Origin: an uncultured Gemmatimonadales bacterium
GTDB taxonomy: Bacteria; Gemmatimonadota; Gemmatimonadetes; Gemmatimonadales; GWC2-71-9
Assembly (NCBI GenBank): GCA_963728915.1
Contig: CAVSLV010000002.1
Coordinates: 320,001 to 384,000 of the forward strand
Direction: 5' to 3'
Length of the DNA stretch: 64,000 bases
Shown: positions 18,944 to 28,784 of the stretch, one piece after another
How positions within the stretch are numbered: position 1 is the stretch's first letter
Layout: the number at the start of each line of letters is the position of its first letter
Translations under genes and position numbers: made by a program
Notes under the pieces: model-generated
Seen by the model: only the letters and a program-made list of their open reading frames with translations
Database searches by the model: none
What the model was told of the DNA's origin: nothing

Positions 18944-20143
18944 CTAGTTCGGATAGGGGTAACCCCGGCGAAGCAGCCGGTCGAGGGTCCGGTCCTGGCC
19001 GTAGGCGTCCGGGAACACGATGACCTCGCCATCCGCCCCGGGGAAGGCGGTGGAGTACACGTACATCACGGCGACCGGACGCTTCAGCCGGACGAAGACC
19101 TGGCGAGTCCCGCCGATGGTGCTCGCGATTCGCGCCGGCGGCCACTCGGGACGCTGCCGCAGAATAAGCTGGGCCAGGACCTCACCATTCTGGACCTGCA
19201 CACAGCTCGCGAGCCCGGCATTCGGCGCTGGCGGAGCCGCATCATACACCGGAAAGTCCCCGGTCACCGGAAATTTCACTGCCGCCGCGATATTCTCACG
19301 GGGACGAAACGCCATCATCCACGCCTGCCCGGAGAAAGCCGGCGCCTGACGGCATTGGTCGCTCACCAGCGTCGCCAGAAGCCAGACCGGCGATGCCTCC
19401 GGTTCGATGAACTCGAGCCGCCCCGCCGGGGCACTGAGAAAGACGGCGCGGTCGGCCGGCCGCCGCGGGAGCCAGCGCCAGCGCTCGAGAGCGAGCTCGA
19501 TCCGGCGGATACCACCCTGAAAAAACGGTCGCCGATGGGCGCTGTCCGTCGCGAACCGCCGATAGGTCCCCAGCGCACGTCGCAGCTCGGCGTAGGGGAG
19601 CCATGGCGGTTCGAGCGCCGAGATGACGGAATCGGGGTTTGAAGTGGTCCGGAGACTGCGCAGCAGGGCCACGCCGTCGTAGCTCGGCGGACCCAGATCG
19701 GAAAGCACCCCGCTCTCCTTCCACGAGATCCGCCCCCGGGCCAGGGCTGCCGTGAATCGCAGCGCGGCGATCGAGAGCGCCACATCGAAGCGAATCGCCT
19801 GTTCCTGGTCGGCGCCGCCTCGATCCAGGGTCGCCCGGAGTGCGCCGAGCTGCGGAGCATCGTAGTCCTCGGGATCGAGTCCCCTGCTCGCGGCCGTGGC
19901 CAGAACATCGATCAGCGAGCCCGCTTCGCGGGTGGGCCGGCCATTGGACAACCACAGGGGGTTCCACCCGTTCTCGCCGTACAGAACGAGCATGTCGGGC
20001 TGCACGTCAGTGAACCGCCCCCATCGAATCGCGGGATGGCGCCCTCGTTCGACCAGACGCCGCAAGGCGCCATTCTCGATGCGCGGACCCGTGCTGAGCA
20101 GCAGGAACGGAACCGCGAGGAGTGCGAGAAATCGAGCAGCCAT
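18944..20143 (-). CDS. YcbB/LdtD-like L,D-transpeptidase homologue with degenerate active site
   Basis: Scaffold motifs (LY...WNPLW, GLDPEDY, LERWRWLP) and C-terminal YSTAF..DGEV..FPDAYGQD. The SHGC motif reads LASC. Confidence 0.7.
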   Translation of the reverse strand: MAARFLALLAVPFLLLSTGPRIENGALRRLVERGRHPAIRWGRFTDVQPDMLVLYGENGWNPLWLSNGRPTREAGSLIDVLATAASRGLDPEDYDAPQLGALRATLDRGGADQEQAIRFDVALSIAALRFTAALARGRISWKESGVLSDLGPPSYDGVALLRSLRTTSNPDSVISALEPPWLPYAELRRALGTYRRFATDSAHRRPFFQGGIRRIELALERWRWLPRRPADRAVFLSAPAGRLEFIEPEASPVWLLATLVSDQCRQAPAFSGQAWMMAFRPRENIAAAVKFPVTGDFPVYDAAPPAPNAGLASCVQVQNGEVLAQLILRQRPEWPPARIASTIGGTRQVFVRLKRPVAVMYVYSTAFPGADGEVIVFPDAYGQDRTLDRLLRRGYPYPN

Positions 20144-20178
20144 GGGCAGCAAGTTACCCCCGAAAGTATCCTTCCCGG

Positions 20179-20946
20179 ATGACCGTCCGGGGTGCCACTC
20201 TGCTGGACGCCGCGCTCGAGCTGGCTCGACTCACCGGCAAGTCGGCGCTCCGCCATTTTCGGCGCGACATCGAGGTCGAGCAGAAGGCCGATGGCTCGCC
20301 GGTGACCGTCGCGGACCGGGAGGCGGAGCAACTGGCCCGGGACTGGATTGCCCGGCACTTCCCGAAGGACGGCATCCTCGGCGAGGAGCTCGGGACGACG
20401 CCGGGAACCTCGTCACGGACCTGGCTGCTCGATCCGGTGGATGGAACGCGCACCTTCGTGCGCGGGGTGCCGCTCTGGGGAAGCCTGGTCGCCGTGGTCG
20501 AGGAGAATACCGTGCTCGCCGGAGCCGCGGCGTATCCCGCTCTCGACGAAGACATCGGCGCGGCGCCCGGCAGTGGATGCTGGCACAATGGCCAGCGGTG
20601 CAGGGTGAGCGCGACGGATTGCCTGGAGAATGCCACCCTGCTCACGACCGATGACCGGGGATTCGAGCCCATGATGCGTCGGGGCTGGGAGGCGTTGGCC
20701 ACGTCGGCGGGGACGGTACGCACCTGGGGAGATTGCTACGGTTACCTCCTGGTGGCAACCGGCCGCGCCGAGATCATGGTGGATGCCCGGCTCAACGCCT
20801 GGGATTCCGCGTGTTTCGTTCCGATCATTGCCGAAGCCGGTGGTCGCATGACCGATCTATCGGGTCGGGACGGCTGGGAGCTCTCCAACGCGATCGCTAC
20901 CAACGCGGCACTCGCGACCGCGGCTCGGGCATGCTTCGCGCGTTAG
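20179..20946 (+). CDS. hisN: Histidinol-phosphatase, inositol monophosphatase family
   Basis: KADGSPVTVADREAE, GEE, WLLDPVDGT, WGDCYGY.LVATGR and WD motifs. Confidence 0.8.
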   Translation: MTVRGATLLDAALELARLTGKSALRHFRRDIEVEQKADGSPVTVADREAEQLARDWIARHFPKDGILGEELGTTPGTSSRTWLLDPVDGTRTFVRGVPLWGSLVAVVEENTVLAGAAAYPALDEDIGAAPGSGCWHNGQRCRVSATDCLENATLLTTDDRGFEPMMRRGWEALATSAGTVRTWGDCYGYLLVATGRAEIMVDARLNAWDSACFVPIIAEAGGRMTDLSGRDGWELSNAIATNAALATAARACFAR

Positions 20947-23507
20947 GCATCGCGGCCTGCTTGAGCGCGGCCGTCCCGAACCCCGCTCCGGCCCAGCGAC
21001 TGCCCTATCAGAACCCCGGCCTGCCGGTGGGAGCCCGGGTGCGGGACCTCCTTCACCGTATGTCGCTCGAGGAAAAATTCTGGCAGCTCTTCATGGTCCC
21101 CGGGGACCTCGACGATCCCTCGCACGACTGGTCCCGCGGCGCGTTCGGTCTGCAGATCGCCGCGAAATCCGCCGATCCCGCGGCGCAAGCCTCCCGCACC
21201 AACGACATTCAGCGCTACTTCGTCGAGCGCACCCGCCTCGGCGTTCCGATCATCCCGTTCGAGGAGGCGGTGCACGGGCTGGTCGAGCCGGGCGCAACCG
21301 TCTACCCGCAGGCGATCGCCCTCGCGGCAACCTGGGATACCACCCTCGTTGGCGAGATCGCGCGAGCCATCGCCGCGGAAACCCGGAGCAGGGGGATTCG
21401 CCAGGTACTGTCACCGGTGCTCAATCTCGCGAGCGATGTGCGCTGGGGAAGAGTGGAGGAGACCTACGGGGAGGACCCCTGGCTCGTGTCCCGCATGGGA
21501 AATGCCTTCGTGGCAGGGTTCGAGCGGAGCGGAGTCATCGCGACTCCCAAGCACTTCGTGGCCAACGTGGGAGCCGGTGGGCGGGACAGTTATCCGATCG
21601 CATGGGGCCGCCGCGAGCTGGAGGAGCGATTCTTTCCTCCGTTCGCGAGCGCGATCCGCGACGCCGGGGCCCGATCGGTCATGACCGCCTACAACTCCGT
21701 GGATGGGACGCCGGCAACTCAGAATCGCTGGTTGCTCACCGAGATCCTGAAGCGCGCGTGGCGGTTTCCTGGATTTGTCATTTCCGACGCGGCCGCAACC
21801 GGTGGGGCCGTGGTCCTGCACCACACCGAGCCCAGCACCCCGGTCGCCGCAAAGCATGCGCTGGAGGCCGGGCTCGATGTCGTCTTCCAGTCGTCCTGGC
21901 CGCAGCACCGCCCGTATCTCGAGGCGTTGCGCTCCGGAGGGATCCCGCCGGCTGTCATTGATTCCGCCGTGGCGCGGGTGCTGCGAGCCAAATTCGACCT
22001 GGGCCTGTTCGAGCATCCGTACGTCGCGCCCGACAGCGCGATCCTGTCCGCGAGCAACCCCGGGCACCGGCGGCTCGCGACCCGGGCGGAGGAGGAAGCC
22101 GTGGTGCTGCTCCGGAACCAGGACCACACGCTCCCCCTGGCTCCGGCAATCGGTACCCTCGCGGTGATCGGAGTGGATGCCTCGGAAGCGAGACTCGGCG
22201 GGTACAGCGGTCCCGGTATCGACGTCACGCCCATACTCGACGCCCTGAAGGAACGCCTCGGCGGGCCGCGGGTGCGGTATGCGCCTGGTCCGGGGCGATC
22301 ATCGATGGAATGGGCGGCGATCCCCTCCGATGCGTATCGATCTCTGCACGGCGAATATTTCGGCAATCCGTGGCTCGAGGGTCCTCCCGCGCTGACGCGA
22401 GACGATCCTTCCATCGATGTTCACTGGACCTTCAACCCGCCGGGCCGAGGTCTGGCCAATGACTGGTACTCGGTTCGCTGGGACGGGGTGCTGGTCGCGC
22501 CGCCCTCGGGGGTCGGCCGGATCGGGGTGGAAGGCAGTGATGGCTACCGGCTGTACCTCGATGACCGCCTCGTCATCGATGACTGGGTGAAGCGAAGCGA
22601 CGGGGCGCGGCTGGTGGACGTCGGGTGGACTTCGGGATCCCAGCATGGGCTACGGCTCGAATTCTTCGAGACCAGCGGCAACGCACGGGTGCGCCTGGTA
22701 TGGAACGCCGGCATTCAGGACGACTGGCGCCCCCGGATCGACAGCGCGGTCGCCATAACCCGTGGGGCCGATGCCGCCGTCGTGGTCGCAGGGATCGAGG
22801 AAGGGGAATTCCGGGACCGCGCGTCGCTCGCGCTCCCCGGACATCAGGAGGAGCTGATTCGGAGCGTTGCCCGGACCGGGGTGCCGGTGACCGTCGTCTT
22901 GATCGGCGGGAGCGCGATCACGATGTCCCGATGGGTCGACAGCGTCGGGGCCGTGGTGATGGCGTGGTATCCCGGTGAGGCCGGAGGCAGCGCCATTGCC
23001 AGGATTCTGTTCGGAGACGCGACCCCGGGGGGCCGGCTCCCCATCTCGTTCCCGCTTGCCGAGGGACAGCTCCCTCTGGTGTACAATCACAAACCGACCG
23101 GCCGCGGCGACGACTACCTCGATCTCTCCGGCAAGCCGCTCTTCCCGTTCGGCTTCGGCTTGAGCTACACGAGCTTCGAGTACAGCAATCTCCGGATCGA
23201 CCCGGTCCACCTCACGGCTCGCTGCCTGGTCCGCAATACCGGGCTCCGTGCGGGTGACGAGGTGGCGCAGCTCTATCTCCGCCGGCCTCTGGCATCTGTG
23301 GCGCAACCGGTCCTCCAGCTCGCGGGGTTCGAGCGGCTGACCCTGGCCCCTGGAGAGTCCCGGGAGGTCCTCTTCCATCTCGACCGCCGCCAGCTCATGA
23401 TCCTGGATCGGGATCTCCACTGGGTGATGGAGCCGGGCATCGTTCGGGTGCTGATCGGCGCGTCATCGGCAGACATCAGGCTGCGGGGGGATTTGGCCAT
23501 CCCATGA
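20931..23507 (+). CDS. GH3 beta-glucosidase/xylosidase with PA14 insertion and FnIII C-terminus
   Basis: RWGRVEETYGED, KHF, VISD nucleophile, PA14 segment (YSVRWDG..SDG), EGEFRDR and PFGFGLSY. Confidence 0.92.
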   Translation: MLRALGIAACLSAAVPNPAPAQRLPYQNPGLPVGARVRDLLHRMSLEEKFWQLFMVPGDLDDPSHDWSRGAFGLQIAAKSADPAAQASRTNDIQRYFVERTRLGVPIIPFEEAVHGLVEPGATVYPQAIALAATWDTTLVGEIARAIAAETRSRGIRQVLSPVLNLASDVRWGRVEETYGEDPWLVSRMGNAFVAGFERSGVIATPKHFVANVGAGGRDSYPIAWGRRELEERFFPPFASAIRDAGARSVMTAYNSVDGTPATQNRWLLTEILKRAWRFPGFVISDAAATGGAVVLHHTEPSTPVAAKHALEAGLDVVFQSSWPQHRPYLEALRSGGIPPAVIDSAVARVLRAKFDLGLFEHPYVAPDSAILSASNPGHRRLATRAEEEAVVLLRNQDHTLPLAPAIGTLAVIGVDASEARLGGYSGPGIDVTPILDALKERLGGPRVRYAPGPGRSSMEWAAIPSDAYRSLHGEYFGNPWLEGPPALTRDDPSIDVHWTFNPPGRGLANDWYSVRWDGVLVAPPSGVGRIGVEGSDGYRLYLDDRLVIDDWVKRSDGARLVDVGWTSGSQHGLRLEFFETSGNARVRLVWNAGIQDDWRPRIDSAVAITRGADAAVVVAGIEEGEFRDRASLALPGHQEELIRSVARTGVPVTVVLIGGSAITMSRWVDSVGAVVMAWYPGEAGGSAIARILFGDATPGGRLPISFPLAEGQLPLVYNHKPTGRGDDYLDLSGKPLFPFGFGLSYTSFEYSNLRIDPVHLTARCLVRNTGLRAGDEVAQLYLRRPLASVAQPVLQLAGFERLTLAPGESREVLFHLDRRQLMILDRDLHWVMEPGIVRVLIGASSADIRLRGDLAIP

Positions 23508-24873
23508 GCCCACTCGATCGACGCGAGTTCCTGACCGCGATCGCCTCGGCGAGCGTCTCTGCCCATCTGACCCCTCTGACCCCTCTGGCCCCCCGTCCTG
23601 TTCCCTCCCGCTCCCAGCTCGAGTGGCAACGCGATGAGCTCGCGCTCTTCCTGCACTTTGGGGTGAACACTTTCACCAACCGCGAATGGGGCGACGGCAC
23701 CGAGGATCCGTCGATCTTCAACCCCTCCGCCCTGGACCCCGGGCAGTGGGCCCGTGCCGCGCGGGCTGCCGGGTTCCGCGCGATGATCCTCACCGCCAAG
23801 CACCACGACGGATTCTGTCTCTGGCCCACCCGGACCACCATCCATTCGGTGATGAGCAGCCCCTGGCGTGGGGGAAGCGGCGACGTGGTGCGCGAGTTCG
23901 TCGATGCCTGTCGCGCCGAGGATCTCAAACCGGGCCTCTATCTCTCGCCGTGGGACCGGAACAACGTGGCGTACGGAGATTCCCCGAGGTACAACGATAT
24001 CTACTGCGATCAGCTCACCGAGCTCCTGTCCAACTACGGAACGATCCACGAGGTCTGGTTCGACGGCGCCAACGGCGAAGGGCCCAACGGCAAACGCCAG
24101 CAATACGACTGGCCCAGGTTCTGGGGCCTCGTCCGGAAGCTCCAGCCCGAGGCGGTGATCTTCTCCGATGCCGGTCCCGATATCCGGTGGATCGGGAACG
24201 AACGGGGTTCCGCCGGGTCCACCAATTGGTCCACCGTGGACCCCGATGCGGTGCCGTACCCGGGCGCCTCGGGTGACACGGTGACCCGGGCCCTTCAGGA
24301 GGGAGATCCGCAGGGCAGCGTGTGGCGTCCCGGCGAGACCGACGTATCGATCCGGCCGGGTTGGTTCTATCACCCCGAAGAAGACGGTCGCGTCAAATCG
24401 GTGGACGATCTGGTCGAGATCTACCTGAGCTCGGTCGGGCGGAATTCCAAACTGCTCCTCAATGTGCCGCCCACCAGTGAGGGTCTGCTCAACGACGTGG
24501 ACGCCGCCCGGTTGCTCCAGCTGCGCCATCGCCTCGCGGCCATCTTCTCGGAGGATGTCGCGATGGGCCGCGAGCCGGCCTGGCAGATGACCGGTCCTCG
24601 CTCCGCGGTCGGTACCCTGGAGTTTGCCCAGCCCAGCCGGGTCGGCATCGCGGATCTCCAGGAAAACATCGTCCACGGCCAGATTGTCGCACGGTACGAG
24701 CTGGAAGGATTCGACGGCTCGTCGTGGCTCCCCCTCGCGAGCGGAACCACGATCGGCTACCGCAAGCTGGATCGATTCGAGCCGCGGCTCATAACCCGCG
24801 CCCGCCTCAGAATCGAGGAGGCGCTCGAGCCCCCCGGCCGGTGCGCATCGGGCTCTACCGGAGCGAAGAGTGA
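23504..24873 (+). CDS. Alpha-L-fucosidase (GH29) with Tat signal; indel near 24835
   Basis: RREFL, FLHFGVNTF, KHHDGF, YLSPWDR, VWFDGA, SIRPGWF and SVGRNS motifs. The likely true end VRIGLYRSEE* overlaps the next start. Confidence 0.88.
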
Positions 24874-26339
24874 TTCCTCCGGCGCCGGATCCCGCGCGCA
24901 TCGCCATTCTGGATACCCAGGGGGTTCACTCCTATGGCGACCTGCACCATGCCTCCGGCCGGGCCTCGGCCACGCTGCTCGGAACCCGGCCCGACCTGCT
25001 CGAAGACCGGGTGGCCTTCTTCGTCACCCCCGGTTTCGACCATGTCGCCACGCAGTGGGGCATCTGGCGGGCCGGCGGGATCGCGGTGCCGCTCGCGCTC
25101 TCTCATCCGGACGCCGAGCTCGAGTACGTGGTTCGGGACTCCGGCGCCTCGGTGGTAGTGACCGAACCGGTGGCGGCGGAACGACTCGCCGCGATTGCCG
25201 CACCGGCCGGCGTCCGCTTCCTGACCACGGCTGAGCTCTTCGCCGCTCCAGTGCCGGCCAACCTTCCGGTCGTGGCGCCCGAGCGACGCGCCATGATCAT
25301 TTATACAAGTGGCACCACCGGGAAGCCCAAGGGTGTGGTCACCACCCACGCGAACCTGGAGGCCCAGATCGGAGCGCTCCTTGCCGCATGGGAATGGACT
25401 CCGGACGACCGGATCCTCCTGGCGCTCCCGCTCCATCACGTGCACGGAATCATCAACGTGGTTTCGTGCGCGCTCTGGGCCGGCGCAGCCTGTGAAATGC
25501 TGCCCCGGTTCGACGCGGCCGTGGTGTGGGAGCGGATCGCCGCGGGGGGGCTCTCCCTGTTCATGGCGGTGCCGACCATCTACCAGCGGCTGATCACGGC
25601 GTGGAAGGAAATGGACCCCATAACCCGCGAGCGCTCGACCGCCGGATGCCACCGGATGCGCCTCATGGTCTCCGGCTCGGCCGCCCTGCCGGTCAGCGTG
25701 CTCGAGGAATGGAAGGGCATCAGCGGCCACACTCTGCTCGAGCGCTACGGAATGACCGAGCTCGGGATGGCTCTCTCGAACCCGCTGCATGGAGAGCGCC
25801 GGCCCGGTTCGGTGGGCGGCCCGCTTCCCGGGGTGCAGGTGCGGCTGGCCGACGAACAGGGCCGCCCGGTCGGCGAGGGAACCCCGGGACAAATCGAGGT
25901 CCGCGGACCCAGCGTCTTTCTGGAATACTGGAACCGGCTGGAAGAAACCCGCGACGCGTTCCGCGACGGCTGGTTCAGAACTGGCGACACCGCGGTCGTG
26001 GAGGGGGGGGCATACCGGATCCTGGGCCGAAGCAACGTGGACATCATCAAGACCGGGGGATTCAAGGTGTCCGCGCTCGAGATCGAAGAGGAGCTGCGGA
26101 CCCATCCTGCGGTTCGCGAGTGCGCCGTGGTCGGCCTCCCCGACCCGGAATGGGGGGAGCGGATTGCGGTCGCCATCGAGCTGCGCGACGGATCGGGACT
26201 GACGCTGGAGGAGCTGCGGGATTGGGCCCGGGAACGCCTGGCGCCTTACAAACTGCCCCGGCAACTCCACTGCACCGGCGAGCTGCCCCGGAATGCGATG
26301 GGAAAGGTGCTGAAACCGATGGTCGCGAAGCTGTTCTAG
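24870..26339 (+). CDS. matB: Malonate/methylmalonate-CoA ligase (MatB/ACSF3-like)
   Basis: YTSGTTGKPKG, LPLHHVHG, FMAVPTIY, GHTLLERYGMTELGMALSNP (the ERYGMTE signature of MatB/ACSF3) and PRNAMGKV. Confidence 0.82.
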   Translation: MIPPAPDPARIAILDTQGVHSYGDLHHASGRASATLLGTRPDLLEDRVAFFVTPGFDHVATQWGIWRAGGIAVPLALSHPDAELEYVVRDSGASVVVTEPVAAERLAAIAAPAGVRFLTTAELFAAPVPANLPVVAPERRAMIIYTSGTTGKPKGVVTTHANLEAQIGALLAAWEWTPDDRILLALPLHHVHGIINVVSCALWAGAACEMLPRFDAAVVWERIAAGGLSLFMAVPTIYQRLITAWKEMDPITRERSTAGCHRMRLMVSGSAALPVSVLEEWKGISGHTLLERYGMTELGMALSNPLHGERRPGSVGGPLPGVQVRLADEQGRPVGEGTPGQIEVRGPSVFLEYWNRLEETRDAFRDGWFRTGDTAVVEGGAYRILGRSNVDIIKTGGFKVSALEIEEELRTHPAVRECAVVGLPDPEWGERIAVAIELRDGSGLTLEELRDWARERLAPYKLPRQLHCTGELPRNAMGKVLKPMVAKLF

Positions 26340-27709
26340 ACCGGCAACCCGGTGGGACACGCGTTCTGAAGCGCCGCCGCGAGCGCCAGAACGTCCTCTT
26401 CACCCTCCGGCTTTCCCACCACCTGCAGGCCGACCGGCATCCCGTCCGGATCCAGACCGCACGGCACCGAGGCGACGGGGAGTCCCGTCAGGCTGAGGAC
26501 GAAGGTCGGGGCGAGCCAGTCCACATAGGTTGTCATAACCCGCCCTGCCACCGTCTCGGGATAATTCTGCTCCACCGGGAACGGTGAGACGGCCATGGTG
26601 GGCGTGAGCAGGTGATCGTACCGCTCGAAGAAAGCCCGGAACCGGTGCCAGATCGTTCCCCGGACCGCCTCGGCGCGACCGAGGTCGGGCACCCCGCTGC
26701 CCAGACCAGCCTTCGTATTGTTCCGCACGTTGACGCCAAGCTCTTCGATCCGGTCGAGGCGCTCCTGCATCCAGCTCACGAACCATAACCCGCGGAGGGC
26801 GAGGAACGCGGCGCGGCCCTCCGAAAGATCCAGGGCTACTGGCTCCGCGCCGAGCCCCTCGGCGGCCTTCCGGCACACCGCCTCGACGGCGGGATCCACC
26901 CCGATGCCCGCGATGTCCGGACAGTACGCGAGGCGCAGGTCCTTCCGGGGGCCGCGGCGCACCGCTCCAACGAAGTCGCGACCGGTGGGTTGCCGAAGCG
27001 GCGCGAACGGGCTCGGGCCTGCCACCGCCTGAAGCATGAGCGCGACGTCTTCCGCCGAGCGGGCCATCGGCCCGGTAACCTGGAGCGTGTCCCAGACCCA
27101 GTCGCTCGGATGGGTCGGGACCAGTCCGGGTGAAGGACGCAGCCCGACCACACCGCAGAACGATGCCGGAATCCGAAGCGAGCCACCCAGATCGGTGCCT
27201 TCCGCAAGCGCGATCATGCCGGTCGCGAGGGCGGCGGCTCCGCCCCCGGTCGATCCGCCAGCGCTTCGGTCCGGATTCCAGGGATTGCGAGTCCGCCCGA
27301 ATACGTCGTTCCAGGTGTTCCCGCCCGCGGCGAACTCCGGAGTGTTGGTCTTGCCCAGGATGATGGCGCCCGCGGCCCGGAGCCTCTGCACCACCAGAGC
27401 ATCCTCGGCCGGAACGTGATCCCGATAGAGCGGCGAGCCGAACGTCGTCCGGAGTCCCGCGACCTGGGTCACGTCCTTGATGCCGACCGGTACCCCCGCG
27501 AGAAGACCCGCCGGTTCTCCTCCGGCAAGCCTCCGTTCCAGGTCCCGCGCGTCGTCGAGCGCCCGGGGATTGAGCGTGACGATCGCATTGATCCGCGGAT
27601 TCACCTCCTCGACCCGGCGAAGCGCCGCCTCGACGACCTCGACTGGGGACAGCTCCCGCGCGGCCACCTGGCTGGCGATCTCCTTCGCGCTGGCTATCGG
27701 CGGGTTCAT
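26336..27709 (-). CDS. Amidase-signature (AS) family amidase
   Basis: GVPVGIKD (Lys), GKTNTPEF, GGSTGG and GTDLGGSLRIPASFCG (Ser-cisSer-Lys triad). Confidence 0.92.
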   Translation of the reverse strand: MNPPIASAKEIASQVAARELSPVEVVEAALRRVEEVNPRINAIVTLNPRALDDARDLERRLAGGEPAGLLAGVPVGIKDVTQVAGLRTTFGSPLYRDHVPAEDALVVQRLRAAGAIILGKTNTPEFAAGGNTWNDVFGRTRNPWNPDRSAGGSTGGGAAALATGMIALAEGTDLGGSLRIPASFCGVVGLRPSPGLVPTHPSDWVWDTLQVTGPMARSAEDVALMLQAVAGPSPFAPLRQPTGRDFVGAVRRGPRKDLRLAYCPDIAGIGVDPAVEAVCRKAAEGLGAEPVALDLSEGRAAFLALRGLWFVSWMQERLDRIEELGVNVRNNTKAGLGSGVPDLGRAEAVRGTIWHRFRAFFERYDHLLTPTMAVSPFPVEQNYPETVAGRVMTTYVDWLAPTFVLSLTGLPVASVPCGLDPDGMPVGLQVVGKPEGEEDVLALAAALQNACPTGLPV

Positions 27710-27727
27710 GCGGGCAAACCCACGGGG

Positions 27728-27748
27728 TCCACAGATTGCACAGATGAA
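27728..27748. repeat. Degenerate 9-mer tandem repeat (CCACAGATT GCACAGATG), copy 2
   Basis: TCCACAGATTGCACAGATGAA; related to 10831-10860. Confidence 0.5.
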
Positions 27749-27800
27749 GCGCCCGATTGGGGAGATGATCCTGCCAGCCGGCGGTATTGGAGTGCAGTGG

Positions 27801-27917
27801 AATTATTTGACCTTCCTCCCGCTTGGTCAGGCGATCCATTGCCTTCCGCTCGACGATGATTTCCTCATAGCACCACAAGTCGACCCGGTATCGCAAGCCC
27901 AGCGACGTATCCTCAAG
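27801..27917 (-). pseudogene. Fragment of a GxxExxY (PD-(D/E)xK) nuclease gene
   Basis: Translation LGLRYRVDLWCYEEIIVERKAMDRLTKREEGQII resembles the family core YRxD...IIVELKA..L....AQ. No start or N-terminus is present, and the GC content is lower than in the flanks. Confidence 0.6.
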
Positions 27918-27980
27918 TGCTGACCCCGTGGCAAGGAAGCGGATCCCAAACCTCGCGCCACAGACCGATTTGACTCGACC

Positions 27981-28784
27981 TCAGGGATTCCGGGGCCAGT
28001 CGCCCAGCCACGCCACCGTCCGGCAGAACGCCGCCTCCCCGCCCCGGAATTTCCAGGGAAAGCACCCCACGATGCAGCGCTTGTTCTGGAGCTCGGGCGC
28101 GTCGATCTCGCCGCCGACATTCTCGATGTGCATGCAGTCGTGGGGAAACAGCGCGTTATGGGTGAGCTGATACGCCGAATCGGGAAACATCTTTTCGACA
28201 CCCTTTTTTCCACCAAACAGCTCTTCGGCCCGGGCCCGGACCCGGTCGCAATGCCCGTGCATCCCTTTGCCGAGAAAACGCCCGATCGGAAGGTTCATCG
28301 GGTGATCGGTCGAGACACAGTCCACTCCCCAGATATGGATCTTCTTCTTGAGGAGCCACGGCACCATGTCGGGATGGGCTCCGGGGTGCAGGTGGATGTA
28401 GCGCTCCTCGTCGGGCTCCCCGCCGAACTGGGCGTAGCGATGCCACCCGGTGTGCAGGATCAGCAAGTCGCCCGGTTTCACCTTGACCCGCTTCTCGATC
28501 ATCTTCGGGGTATAGACCCCGAGCTCCCCCATTTCATCCCGCAGGTCCACGACCACCCCGGGCCCACAGAGCCACTCCATCGGGATTTCGTCGATGGTGC
28601 GCCCCGCCGTGACGAAGTGCCGCGGCGCGTCCAGGTGGGTCCCCATGTGATTCGAGGTCTGGATGTACTGCGCGTTGACGCCGTGTTCGGCCTTCCGCTT
28701 GATGTACTTCACTTCGAACGGGGGATAGTAGGGCCAGAACGACACTTCCTGGTTCAACGGTTGGGAAAGATCGTAGGTTCGCAT
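27981..28784 (-). CDS. Cyclase family (kynurenine formamidase/isatin hydrolase-like) metal-dependent amidohydrolase
   Basis: YDLSQPL, HMGTHLDAPRH (HxGTHxDxPxH), GVDCVSTD, H..LF...HIEN motifs. Confidence 0.9.
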   Translation of the reverse strand: MRTYDLSQPLNQEVSFWPYYPPFEVKYIKRKAEHGVNAQYIQTSNHMGTHLDAPRHFVTAGRTIDEIPMEWLCGPGVVVDLRDEMGELGVYTPKMIEKRVKVKPGDLLILHTGWHRYAQFGGEPDEERYIHLHPGAHPDMVPWLLKKKIHIWGVDCVSTDHPMNLPIGRFLGKGMHGHCDRVRARAEELFGGKKGVEKMFPDSAYQLTHNALFPHDCMHIENVGGEIDAPELQNKRCIVGCFPWKFRGGEAAFCRTVAWLGDWPRNP

